From the NCBI GenBank assembly GCA_965201075.1, contig CBDAVP010000016.1, positions 434,001 through 498,000 of the forward strand: DNA of 64,000 nucleotides. The letters are read 5' to 3'. The translations under genes and the position numbers were made by a program. Within the stretch, counting starts at the first letter, position 1. Every line of letters starts with the position of its first letter. The notes under the pieces were generated by a model. It was not told where the DNA came from and ran no database searches. It saw only the letters and a list, made by a program, of their open reading frames with translations. Shown in pieces: positions 22,301 to 30,750 of the stretch. Source of the stretch: Isosphaeraceae bacterium. GTDB lineage: Bacteria; Planctomycetota; Planctomycetia; Isosphaerales; Isosphaeraceae.

Positions 22301-23456
22301 CCAGTCGGGGCGATTCCCAGGTCACCTCCTGCTCGGGACCGTCCCCCTCGACCACCAGGAAGACGGAAAGGTCACCACCATCGGCCTTGTCCGGGAACCT
22401 GTATCGGAGGTCTTGCCGTCCCGTCACCGGGTTCATCGGCACGATCCAAGGCTTCATGTGGCCGACCGGCTGGAACCGCGTCAGTGCCTTTTGCCAGCGC
22501 CCCACTTCGTCGCGAAGCGTCTCGGCATCTCCCGGACCGCGGGCCGCTCGCCAACGGGCGCGAAGCCCGTCCAGCAGCGGCGTCGATTGGTCGCCATTCA
22601 GGGTTTTCCAAAGAAGTCCCAGGTATCGAGGATTTAGCCCATTCCGAGCGGCGACCGTCTCGACCGACTCGGTCCCCGACGCCAAGGCCGCACGATCCGT
22701 CAGCGCCGCGGCGAAATAGCGAGTGAGCGGGATCGCCCCAGCCTCGTCGGCATGGCTTCGGTAGAGGGCGCGAATCTGGCCCAGAAGCTCGTCGGTCCAG
22801 TCTCGGCGGGTCAATCCGGCCGAGAACCGCAAGCCGTCGGGGAGCAGGACCGCATGGGAGGCCACCGCCTTGCCGGCGTCGAAGTACTTCCCCATCAAGG
22901 CCGGGGACATCGCCAGCGCGTTGCCGGCGTTGGTGAACCCTTCCCCGGCGGCCCCCTCGGCGGGAAACTCGCGAGCGGGATGCAGATCGACGCCCGTCAG
23001 GTCGCGCAAGGTATAGGAATACTGGGCATTGTTGAGCCGCCGAAGCACCACCGGGCCGGGGTCTCCGGCATGGTCGTGGGCCTCGGCGTCAAGATAGCGG
23101 CCGACCCAGCCCCGGAGTGCCGCTCGCTCCACGGTCGTCGGTTTCGGGGCCTTCTTCGGGGGCATCTCGCCATTGTCGAGCATCTCGGCGACTTTTCGCC
23201 ATGTTCGCGTACTCGAACGGATCTCAGTCAATCCGGCGAAGCGCTCAAGGTCCAGATCCCCCTGGGCCTCCTCCGTCGAGTGGCATTTCAGACAGAACGT
23301 CCGCAACAGGGGGAGCGCCTGATGCTCATAATCCGTCGCCAGGACCTCAAAACCTTCCGGCCCAGCCGCGCGGGAACCGGTCGGCCCAAAACCCACCACC
23401 CAGAATCCCGCGACAATCAGGGCGAATCGCCAGGTATTGAGAAGGGACTGGCTCAT
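19386..23456 (-). CDS. DUF1592/DUF1588/DUF1587/DUF1595/DUF1585 cytochrome c protein with a large internal insertion
   Basis: CLKCH and CSGCH heme motifs, RRLNNAQYSYTLRDL, FLYRIE, RTSPILRGNWV, KLLGYALGR. Confidence 0.9.
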   Translation of the reverse strand: MSQSLLNTWRFALIVAGFWVVGFGPTGSRAAGPEGFEVLATDYEHQALPLLRTFCLKCHSTEEAQGDLDLERFAGLTEIRSSTRTWRKVAEMLDNGEMPPKKAPKPTTVERAALRGWVGRYLDAEAHDHAGDPGPVVLRRLNNAQYSYTLRDLTGVDLHPAREFPAEGAAGEGFTNAGNALAMSPALMGKYFDAGKAVASHAVLLPDGLRFSAGLTRRDWTDELLGQIRALYRSHADEAGAIPLTRYFAAALTDRAALASGTESVETVAARNGLNPRYLGLLWKTLNGDQSTPLLDGLRARWRAARGPGDAETLRDEVGRWQKALTRFQPVGHMKPWIVPMNPVTGRQDLRYRFPDKADGGDLSVFLVVEGDGPEQEVTWESPRLVKPGQAEYRLRDLRAFTAAMAARRPRVIASVSACLEAAAEVAEGIDSASLAAKYQVEPETLRAWLAYLGLDGDQNLRVELLTEQTQGAGGQSAVKGWGSPETPNVVANSSGVDLPIPGHLKAHGFAVHPGPDSLVAVGWSSPSTMTVKLTGAVEHVHPECGNGVTWVLEARSGSSRRRLASGEMAGGPPRPLGPVEGLAVKPGELISVLIGPRDNHACDLTAVDLRIEEVGGEGRVWDLAREVAPDILAGNPHADASGRPGVWRFYREAIQGTDRTRMVPSGSVLERWLATQDRDARRTLAAEVQRKLEAGSAAAGDGPDGAMVRQLTAIGGPLLADRAAIGEDGSAWGLDPSTFGKGLKCQPLPPETLSLRTPTVVEIRLPADLAAGGELVGSLVLRPRDGSQGWTQARLLGERPTTGEGLRADTLVLVVEGEELGRFVRAFDDFRERFPAALCYEKIVPVDEAVTLTLFHRDDEPLRRLMLDEAESARLDRLWDELHFVSQDALTQVEAFDHLMEYATQDGDPRMFEPYRKPIRDHAEAFRGTLVAAEPRQLDAAISWANLAYRRPLIASEEKGLRDLYARLRREELPHDEAIRLTLARILVAPPFLYRIEKAPAGPAAGPVSDWEMATRLAYFLRSSAPDSALREAAAAGQLRDPEVLVSQTRRLLRSAENRRLAEEFACQWLHVYGFADLNEKSERHFPTFPGLRGAMAEEAIRFFADLFATDASVLSILDADHAFLNGPLAEHYGIPDVAGPEWRRVDGVRAYHRGGVLGLSATLAKEAGASRTSPILRGNWVTETLLGEKLPKPPKDVPLLPEDEGAGGGKSVRELVMAHTADERCSGCHARMDPYGFALEGYDAIGRWRDRDVANHPIDDHARLLDGNEFDGVEGLRRYLLGERREAVVGQFCRKLLGYALGRGVQLSDEPLLDEIQSRLKAENYRVGAAVESIVLSRQFREIRGADAPDTDNP

Positions 23457-24139
23457 CGCGACGCCTCCGGGGATTTGCGGTGGCTCTCAATGTGCTCCCG
23501 CACCTCGCGATCCGCCTCGTTCACCTGTCCAGCTTTCAAGGCCTCGATGATGCGTTGATGGCTAGCGACCCCCTCGGCCCATTGCCCCTTGACGACGCTC
23601 TCGCGAAATCGCCGGAAGAAGACGCCCAGTAGGTCGCCAAAGGCCAGCAACGGAGTCAGACCGCTCGCGGCGATCAGCCCCCGGTGAAAGGCGATATCGA
23701 GGTCCACCCACTCCCGGGCGTCCCGGGTCTGTCGCAGTTGGTCGTTGATGCCGTTCAGATCCTCATACAGCGAACGGTTCTCCGCCATCCGGGCCGCCGC
23801 GTGGGGCAGGACTCCCGCTTCCAGCACGATGCGGGTGTCGATCAAGATCGAGGCCGAGACGTTGTGAAGCGCGGGGTGAAACCCGAGATACTCGGTCACC
23901 CGGTCCATGTTGACCTGGCCGACGCTCAGGCCCCGGCCAGGCTTGGCCTCCACGATGCCGAGGAATTCCAACGACTTGGTCGCTTCCCGCAGGCTCAATC
24001 GGCTGACACCAAACCGCGAGGCCAGCTCGGTCTCGGTTGGCAGGCGATCCCCGGGTTGAAGGTTCCCTTCAGTGATATACGACTTCAGGCGGCCAGCCAC
24101 CTGGTCACGGATGCGGGTTCGACCTATCGTTTCCGTCAC
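23453..24139 (-). CDS. FadR/GntR-family transcriptional regulator
   Basis: LQPGDRLPTETELASRFGVSRLSLREA wHTH plus FCD domain (DIAFH); GTG start; stop overlaps the next ATG. Confidence 0.93.
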   Translation of the reverse strand: MTETIGRTRIRDQVAGRLKSYITEGNLQPGDRLPTETELASRFGVSRLSLREATKSLEFLGIVEAKPGRGLSVGQVNMDRVTEYLGFHPALHNVSASILIDTRIVLEAGVLPHAAARMAENRSLYEDLNGINDQLRQTRDAREWVDLDIAFHRGLIAASGLTPLLAFGDLLGVFFRRFRESVVKGQWAEGVASHQRIIEALKAGQVNEADREVREHIESHRKSPEASR

Positions 24140-24184
24140 CAGGAACCCTCGCGCTCGTCTCCGGGTTGCCTCTCCCGGTCAGCA

Positions 24185-24213
24185 AAGTTAATCAGACCAT
24201 CAGACCAGGTCAA
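24185..24213 (-). promoter_or_regulatory. Sigma70 promoter with a FadR/GntR-type operator (GGTCTGAT x2) in the spacer
   Basis: Minus strand reads TTGACC-tggtctgatggtctgat(17)-TAACTT, 46 nt upstream of the gntR start. Confidence 0.7.
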
Positions 24214-24251
24214 GACGCTCGGCGGGGAGGCAAGTTCCGGCAAGAATGACC

Positions 24252-24310
24252 GAAGAAAAGAAAGATGCGGACCCCCCCACGTGCCTGACGGCCCCGAGGA
24301 GGGTTCCGCA
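24252..24310 (-). terminator. Probable intrinsic terminator separating tRNA-His read-through from the gntR promoter
   Basis: Minus strand TGCGGAACCCTCC...GGGGGGGTCCGCA stem followed by TCTTTCTTTTCTTC. Confidence 0.45.
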
Positions 24311-24558
24311 ACCTTGGAATATCAAGGTCGATGAGGACGATCGTCGATCGAAGTGGGTGGGAGAAATCGACCCTCGCCGCGAGCACCGAACAGGCGTGAA
24401 CCTACCGAGGACCCTGGTTCAGTCCATGCCCGAACGTCAAGCGACAAGGCCACTCGGAGAAAGTCGATCCAAAGATCGACCGCGGGAGTTCTCCGCCCAG
24501 TCGTGTTCAACGCTGCCCCGGGGGCGAGCATCGACGATACGGGTTACACTCGCGAAGA

Positions 24559-24574
24559 GCGGATCGAAATCCGC
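24559..24574 (-). terminator. Hairpin/terminator just downstream of tRNA-His
   Basis: GCGGAT-TTCG-ATCCGC followed by TCTT on the minus strand. Confidence 0.45.
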
Positions 24575-24585
24575 AAGGCTTGCAG

Positions 24586-24659
24586 GGTGGATGACGGGAT
24601 TCGAACCCGCGATATCCAGATCCACAATCTGGTGCCTTAACCGCTAGGCCACACCCACC
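24586..24659 (-). tRNA. tRNA-His (GTG), encoded G-1, CCA not encoded
   Basis: Reverse complement GGTGGGTGTGGCCTAGCGGTTAAGGCACCAGATTGTGGATCTGGATATCGCGGGTTCGAATCCCGTCATCCACC folds into a full cloverleaf; anticodon at 24623-24625. Confidence 0.97.
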
Positions 24660-24671
24660 ATTGGCGACTCC

Positions 24672-24701
24672 ACAATAAACGTGGTCGGCGGACCGAGTCA
24701 A
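24672..24701 (-). promoter_or_regulatory. Sigma70 promoter of tRNA-His
   Basis: TTGACT-N18-TATTGT immediately upstream of the tRNA. Confidence 0.6.
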
Positions 24702-25366
24702 GACGCGATGAACCCTCCCGACTTGGTGGCCGATGGGAAACGCGTCCCTGATGGATTCTGGATGCGTCCTGGAAATCCGCGTACGCTGCTGTTCAAACCG
24801 CACTTCGCGAGACTTCCTCCTCGGATTCTCAGTGGAACTCGCGGGTGGCGTCGCGGAAAATCGACCGACTGGACTTGACCTCCTGGAATAATCTCTTTGC
24901 GCGGATAGGGGAGTCTGATGCCCTGCGAGGCCCAAGTGAATGGTAGGATTCGGGATCGGGGCGAACGTCGTCGGGTCGGACCATGCTATCCTGGGAACAG
25001 GGACAGGTTCTGTTCCTGTTCCTTGGTCCCGTATCAGGCTCGCACCCTGGCACAGGGGATTGGCATCCTTTGCCAGGCTTGCAAGGTTCTCTCCCTCAAG
25101 GAGCGTCGAGGGGTTCTCGGCCTGGGGAGTCAGGCGCGGCGGATCGTTTGGCGACCCAGGTCTTCCGTTCTGTTTGGCCTCACGGTGGAGACGTCCCAAG
25201 CCGATGCTTGACAAACCTTTGCTCGCTGACTAGGTGTATGGCACTGCCCCGCGGGGCGCGTGCCTACGGACGATCGAGGGGGAAACCAACTCTCTCCCTT
25301 GCGGCCGATCTGAATTCTGTTGACGGGGGCCTTTGCCCCCGGGACCTTCGCCAGAGGATCGACCCG

Positions 25367-25717
25367 ATGTGGGACCGTCTGCCGATGCTCGCGACCGCTG
25401 AGGACGACCAACTTCTCGGGGTCATGGACCCGCCGTTCGCCCGGCACCCCGAGGCCGGGGAAGCCGCGGAGGAGTTCGAGGAAACCGAAGAACTCGCCGA
25501 TGACGAGGAGTTCGACGACGACGACGACCTCGACGATGATGAAGACGATGAGGATGATGATGAGGAGGACGATCTCGAAGAGGACGACCTCGACGACCTC
25601 GACGAGATTGATCTCGACGAGGAAGACGACGCGGATCTCGACGACGACCTCGACGACCTCGACGACGATGAGGAAGATGATGAGGAAGATGAAGAAGCGG
25701 AAGCCGAAGAGGTCTGA
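25367..25717 (+). CDS. Small, extremely acidic (poly-D/E) protein, 116 aa
   Basis: GAGG RBS before ATG 25367; long in-frame GAC/GAT/GAG/GAA run; about 60% D+E by hand count. Confidence 0.75.
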   Translation: MWDRLPMLATAEDDQLLGVMDPPFARHPEAGEAAEEFEETEELADDEEFDDDDDLDDDEDDEDDDEEDDLEEDDLDDLDEIDLDEEDDADLDDDLDDLDDDEEDDEEDEEAEAEEV

Positions 25718-25846
25718 TCCGTCCCAGGACGGCCGGCTTTCGTGAAGCCAGCCGACCCCTCGCCCACGGCTCGGACTTCCGATCTCGGCCGGGCGGCGAA
25801 CCACCGCCCGGCCCAATCTTGCGCGGGAAGGGAGCGTCGCAACGTC

Positions 25847-26275
25847 ATGGCTCCAGCCGACGACCGATCCGGCGAATCGTCCCGCGAAGCCTCCACCCGT
25901 CGGGCCCGTCGCCAATCCCAACGCGCCTTTGAACTGGAATTTTTCGCCAAGGTGCTCGAACGCGACCCATTTTACGTCGAGGCCCTCCACGTCCACGCCA
26001 ATAATTTGGCCGCCACCGGACAACATGCTCGCGCTTTGGCCGTGGACCGTCGCCTGGTGCAACTCTGGCCCGATCGGCCCATCCCCTGGTACAACCTCGC
26101 CTGCACCTACGCGGTCCTGGGCCTGCTCGACCCTGCATTCGCGGCGCTGGGGCGAGCCCTGGAACTTGGCTATCGACACCTCCGCCACCTGAGCCGTGAC
26201 CCCGACCTCCAAACGGTCCGTGACGACCCAAGATTCCCGCGCCTCCTCCGCAAGGTCGCCCGACCCGATCCTTGA
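25847..26275 (+). CDS. TPR-repeat protein
   Basis: [15 protein letters not shown]...[10 protein letters not shown]...[13 protein letters not shown] (TPR end-of-group-type motif); GGGAG RBS. Confidence 0.82.
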   Translation: MAPADDRSGESSREASTRRARRQSQRAFELEFFAKVLERDPFYVEALHVHANNLAATGQHARALAVDRRLVQLWPDRPIPWYNLACTYAVLGLLDPAFAALGRALELGYRHLRHLSRDPDLQTVRDDPRFPRLLRKVARPDP

Positions 26276-26313
26276 CCCGGTCCGCTCCCTCAACCCCCGA
26301 GCCCTTTCCCGAC

Positions 26314-27144
26314 ATGACCTCTCACCGCTGGGACCACGTCTGGGAGGCGACCGAGGCCATCCGCTCTCGCTGGTCGGGTTCACCCACTGTTGGCATCGTG
26401 CTGGGGACCGGCCTGGGAGCCCTCGCCTCGGAAATCGAGGCCGAGGCGACGATTCCCTACCCCGAGATCCCCCACTTCCCCGACTCCACCGTCCAGAGCC
26501 ATGCTGGCCGCCTTGTCTGCGGCACCCTGGCTGGCAAGTCCGTGGTCGCGATGGAAGGCCGTTTCCACCTCTACGAAGGATACACCGCCGCCCAGGTCAC
26601 CTTCCCGGTCCGTGTCCTCAAGGAATTGGGCTGCTCGACCTTGATCGTCTCCAACGCCGCCGGGGGGTTGAATCCCCAGCACGCCAAAGGAGACCTCTTG
26701 GTCATTGAGGACCACATCAACCTGCTGGGCCTCAACCCTTTGATCGGGCCCAACGACGACCGGCTCGGCGTCCGATTCCCCGACATGATCGAGCCTTACG
26801 ACCGAAGCCTCCAGGACCTGGCCCTCCGCTCGGCCCTGGAAGCGAACATCGTCGCCCACCGAGGGGTCTACGTGGCGGTGACCGGTCCGAACCTGGAGAC
26901 CCGCGCCGAATACCGCTTCCTCCGAGGCATCGGCGCCGACGCCGTGGGGATGTCCACGGTGCCCGAAGTCCTGGTCGCCGTTCACGCCGGCCTGAAGGTT
27001 CTGGGCTTCTCGATCATCACCGACCTCTGCCTGCCCGATGCCCTGGTCCCGGTGAGCATCGAGGACGTCATCGCCGTGGCCAACTTGGCCGAGGGGAAAC
27101 TCCGGACGATCGTCAAGGCGGTGCTGGAACGGATGGACGGCTGA
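26314..27144 (+). CDS. punA: Purine-nucleoside phosphorylase (trimeric type)
   Basis: [44 protein letters not shown]. Confidence 0.93.
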   Translation: MTSHRWDHVWEATEAIRSRWSGSPTVGIVLGTGLGALASEIEAEATIPYPEIPHFPDSTVQSHAGRLVCGTLAGKSVVAMEGRFHLYEGYTAAQVTFPVRVLKELGCSTLIVSNAAGGLNPQHAKGDLLVIEDHINLLGLNPLIGPNDDRLGVRFPDMIEPYDRSLQDLALRSALEANIVAHRGVYVAVTGPNLETRAEYRFLRGIGADAVGMSTVPEVLVAVHAGLKVLGFSIITDLCLPDALVPVSIEDVIAVANLAEGKLRTIVKAVLERMDG

Positions 27145-27262
27145 CGGCTCGCCTCAAGATTCTTTTGAAGACGCGGCCAAGACAGAGCATCCCCGAGTTC
27201 TGGCCCGCGAGCCATCCGGTGCGAGCGGGTAGTCGCGAACCCAAAAGGTTTCGGGTGGGGCG

Positions 27263-27607
27263 ATGGCTTTCCGAATCACGATTACCGACGAGGCCGAGCA
27301 ACAACTGCGAGCCCTGCTCGTCCACGAGCGGCGGACCCTGGAGTCGGCGATCCTGGCTCGGCTCCGTGACCAGCCGACGGTGCCCACCCGGGCGATCAAG
27401 CGACTCCGGCCCAACCCCTTCGCCGAGTTCGAGCGACGGACGGGCGATCTTCGCGTCCTGTATGATGTCTCGGGCGATGAGGTGATCCTTTGAATCGTCG
27501 GCCGGAAAGTCGGTGATCGACGGCTGGTCGCGGGAGAGGAGTTCCATGAGCATCAAGTTGATCCCCCTGAGTCGGCTGGAGGCGGACCCCCGCGGGACGC
27601 TGAATGA
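27263..27607 (+). pseudogene. RelE/ParE-family toxin interrupted by an in-frame TGA (27491-27493)
   Basis: MAFRITITDEAEQQLRAL...IKRLRPNPFAEFE..GDLRVLYDV; the frame continues IVGRKVG... past the stop to TGA 27605-27607. Confidence 0.75.
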
Positions 27608-27800
27608 GTGCCTCGACTCGGGTCATTCGCTGGTGGTCGAGTTGCCCGACCATCGCCTCGTGTCGATCCAGGGCTTGGAACCTGGCGACGATGACGACTT
27701 CACCGACCGACTCCTGGAGTTGAATCCGTCGTTCCGGGCGCTGGTCCAGAAGTCGAAGGCGAGTCCTCGACGGCCCTTCCCCATGACACCCGACGCATAA
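27546..27800 (+). CDS. Putative antitoxin (Phd/YefM-like N-terminus)
   Basis: GGAGAGGAG RBS; MSIKLIPLSRLEADPRGTLNECLDSG; overlaps the 3' end of the toxin gene. Confidence 0.65.
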   Translation: MSIKLIPLSRLEADPRGTLNECLDSGHSLVVELPDHRLVSIQGLEPGDDDDFTDRLLELNPSFRALVQKSKASPRRPFPMTPDA

Positions 27801-27867
27801 TCTTCCGACCAAGAGCGGGAATCTCCAGAAACCGACGCCCGCTCGCTTGAGGATCGCCCGCACCCCG

Positions 27868-30708
27868 ATGACCACGACGCCCAAGCCCTACAAAGACACC
27901 CTGAACCTACCCGTCACCAGGTTCGACATGAAGGCGAACCTGGCGACCCGCGAGCCCCAGATCCAGGCCCGCTGGCGGGAGGAGGGGCTTTACGAAAAGG
28001 TCCGCCAGGCCCGCGCCGGTCGCGAGCGCCGGGTGCTCCATGACGGACCTCCCTATGCCAATGGCGAGATCCACATGGGGCACCTCCTCAACAAGGTGCT
28101 CAAGGATCTGGTCGTCCGCTCGCTGACGATGCGAGGCTACGACAGCCCCTACGTCCCCGGCTGGGATTGCCATGGCCTGCCGATCGAGCACAAGGTCGCC
28201 AAGGATCTGGGTTCCCGCGCTGCTGCGATGGACCATGCCGAAATCCGCGACCTTTGCCGCGTGGAAGCCCTCAAGTGGGTCGGCATCCAGCGCGACCAGT
28301 TCCGCCGCCTTGGCGTCTCGGGCGACTGGGACAACCCTTACCTGACCCTTGACCCTCGCTACGAGGCCGGCATCCTTGACGTCCTGGCCGACCTTGTGGA
28401 AGGCGGCTACGTCTTCCGCCAGCTCAAACCGATCCACTGGTGTACCCAGGACCGCACCGCTCTGGCCGAGGCCGAACTGGAGTATCACGACGAGACTTCA
28501 CCAAGCGTCTACGTCAACTTCCCGATCATTGCCGGCCTTCCCGAATCCTTCGGCGAGGGTCCCTGGCACGCGATGATCTGGACCACGACGCCCTGGACCT
28601 TGCCGGCCAACGTCGCCATTGCCGCTCATCCCGACCTCGAATACGTCGGCGTCCACTACTCCCACCCCGCCGACGGCCGCGAAGTCCGCGCGATCGCGGC
28701 CGCATCCCTCGCCTCGAAGGTGATGGGCATGGCGGGCGTGAACGAGTTCGCCGAGGTTGCCCGCTGCCGGGGTCGCGACCTCGAACACGTCACCTACCGA
28801 CACGTCTTCCTCGACCGAACCGGGCCAATCGTCCTGGCCCCCTACGTCGGCGCCGACGACGGCACGGGACTCGTCCACACCGCGCCGGGCCACGGCGGCG
28901 AGGACTACCGGACCGGCCAGCAGTACGGTTTGCCCACGCTCAGCCCTGTCGATGCCCAGGGCCGTTACACCGACGAGGCTCCGGCCGAATGGGTCGGCAA
29001 GACCGTCTGGCAGGCCAACCCGCTGGTGGTCGAGCGACTGAAGGCCGATGGAACCCTAGTTCACCAGGCCCCTTTGACGCACAGCTATCCCCACTGCTGG
29101 CGTTGCAAGAAGCCGGTCATCTTCCGGGCGACCGAACAATGGTTCGTCGCGGTCGATCATGACGACTTACGTTCCCGGACGCTCCATATCATCGGCAAGG
29201 ACGTTGGATGGACGCCCGACTGGGGCGAATCCCGTATCGGGGCGATGGTGGGCAGCCGGCCTGACTGGTGCATCAGCCGCCAGCGCTCCTGGGGAGTACC
29301 GATCCCGGCGTTCGGCTGTAACTCTTGCGGATACCAGGTTTTGACCGCGGAATCAATTCGCCACGTCCGCGACCGCTTTCGCGCCGAGGGGGCCGACGCC
29401 TGGTATCGACGCCCCGCCGAGGAACTTATCCCCCCCGGATCGGCCTGCCCGAAGTGCGACGGAACGTCATTCTCCAAAGGGATGGACATCCTGGACGTCT
29501 GGTTTGAGTCCGGTTCCAGCCATCGGGCGGTCCTTGATGAGCCAAGCTATGGCCTGGGAGGCTCCCCCGCGGCGCTTTACCTGGAAGGCTCCGACCAGCA
29601 TCGGGGCTGGTTCCAGTCGTCGCTCCTGACGTCGGTCATGACTCGTGGGCGAGCGCCATTCCTGGGAGTCCTGACCCACGGGTTCATCGTCGATCAGGAC
29701 GGCAAGAAGATGTCCAAGTCGGGGGGGAACGCCCTCTCGGCCGTCAAGGCGACCGAGCAGTATGGCGCCGACGTTCTTCGCCTGTACGTGGCGGGGCTCG
29801 ACTACGCCGACGATGTGCGGATGTCGGAACGCGGGATCAAGGAGGCGTCCGAGTCTTACCGCAAGGTCCGCAACACCTTGCGTTATCTGCTTGGGAACCT
29901 GGAAGACTTCCGCGACTTCGACCCATCCACCGTCGACCCCGCGACTCTCCACGAGGTTGACCGCTGGGCCCTCGGCCAGTTGAACGCCTTGATCCGCGAC
30001 GTCACCGCCGCCCACGAAACCTATGAGTTTTACCGGGCCACACAGCGCATCCACCAGTTCTGCGCGATCGACCTGTCCAGCTTCTACCTCGACGTGCTCA
30101 AGGACCGACTCTACGCCGAGACCCCTGAGGGCCCCGACCGCCGGGCGGCCCAATTCGTTCTGGCCCGTCTCCTCGACGTCCTCGTCCGCCTGGTCGCACC
30201 CGTCATGCCGCACACGGCCGAGGAGGTTTGGGGCCTTTTGCCCCGGGCCGGCCGCGCCTCCAGCGTCCACCTGGCCGACTGGCCAACCCCCGACCCCTCC
30301 TGGGATGACCACGAGCGTGATCGCCGTTGGGAGTCGCTTCGGCAGATCCGCGAAAATGTTTTCGCCTGCTTGGAACCGATGCGGAAAAACAAGGAGATCG
30401 GCAGTAGCCAGGAAGCGACGGTCGAACTAACGCCCAGCTACCGAAACGAGTCCAGGTTTCTGATCGAGAACCAAGTCCAACTGCTCACCATCTGCATGGT
30501 TTCCGCGGTCGAGATTCAACCCCCGACCAGTGAGAGCGAATCGCCTGATTCCTCGAATCTGGCCCAATTCGGGGGTGCGACCGCCGAGAGATCGTCCTAC
30601 GCGAAATGCGAGCGTTGCTGGAATCTTCGGCCCACCGTCGGCGAAAATCCCGATTACCCAACCCTTTGCGACCGTTGCGCCCGGGTGATCGCCGAACGGG
30701 CGTCCTGA
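27868..30708 (+). CDS. ileS: Isoleucine--tRNA ligase (type 1, C-terminal Zn finger)
   Basis: HDGPPYANG-HMGH, WTTTPWTLP, GTGLVHTAPGHG, DWCISRQR, KMSKS, KCERCW..LCDRC. Confidence 0.98.
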   Translation: MTTTPKPYKDTLNLPVTRFDMKANLATREPQIQARWREEGLYEKVRQARAGRERRVLHDGPPYANGEIHMGHLLNKVLKDLVVRSLTMRGYDSPYVPGWDCHGLPIEHKVAKDLGSRAAAMDHAEIRDLCRVEALKWVGIQRDQFRRLGVSGDWDNPYLTLDPRYEAGILDVLADLVEGGYVFRQLKPIHWCTQDRTALAEAELEYHDETSPSVYVNFPIIAGLPESFGEGPWHAMIWTTTPWTLPANVAIAAHPDLEYVGVHYSHPADGREVRAIAAASLASKVMGMAGVNEFAEVARCRGRDLEHVTYRHVFLDRTGPIVLAPYVGADDGTGLVHTAPGHGGEDYRTGQQYGLPTLSPVDAQGRYTDEAPAEWVGKTVWQANPLVVERLKADGTLVHQAPLTHSYPHCWRCKKPVIFRATEQWFVAVDHDDLRSRTLHIIGKDVGWTPDWGESRIGAMVGSRPDWCISRQRSWGVPIPAFGCNSCGYQVLTAESIRHVRDRFRAEGADAWYRRPAEELIPPGSACPKCDGTSFSKGMDILDVWFESGSSHRAVLDEPSYGLGGSPAALYLEGSDQHRGWFQSSLLTSVMTRGRAPFLGVLTHGFIVDQDGKKMSKSGGNALSAVKATEQYGADVLRLYVAGLDYADDVRMSERGIKEASESYRKVRNTLRYLLGNLEDFRDFDPSTVDPATLHEVDRWALGQLNALIRDVTAAHETYEFYRATQRIHQFCAIDLSSFYLDVLKDRLYAETPEGPDRRAAQFVLARLLDVLVRLVAPVMPHTAEEVWGLLPRAGRASSVHLADWPTPDPSWDDHERDRRWESLRQIRENVFACLEPMRKNKEIGSSQEATVELTPSYRNESRFLIENQVQLLTICMVSAVEIQPPTSESESPDSSNLAQFGGATAERSSYAKCERCWNLRPTVGENPDYPTLCDRCARVIAERAS

Positions 30709-30750
30709 ACGAGTACTCGCCGCGGCCCCTTCGTCGAGACCGGCCCAAGC

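Noticed and set aside
24200..24660. Integrative element at tRNA-His
   Set aside because: No integrase and no duplicated tRNA 3' end seen in the window
25048..25080. Sigma54 promoter at the TGGCAC/TGGCAT motifs
   Set aside because: GG-to-GC spacing is not 10 nt on either strand
25264..25950. Poly-Ser ORF on the minus strand
   Set aside because: Antisense shadow of the Asp/Glu codon run
27491..27493. Selenocysteine read-through of the RelE TGA (selD is in the window)
   Set aside because: The codon sits in a hydrophobic strand where Leu/Val is expected rather than Cys; no SECIS recognised
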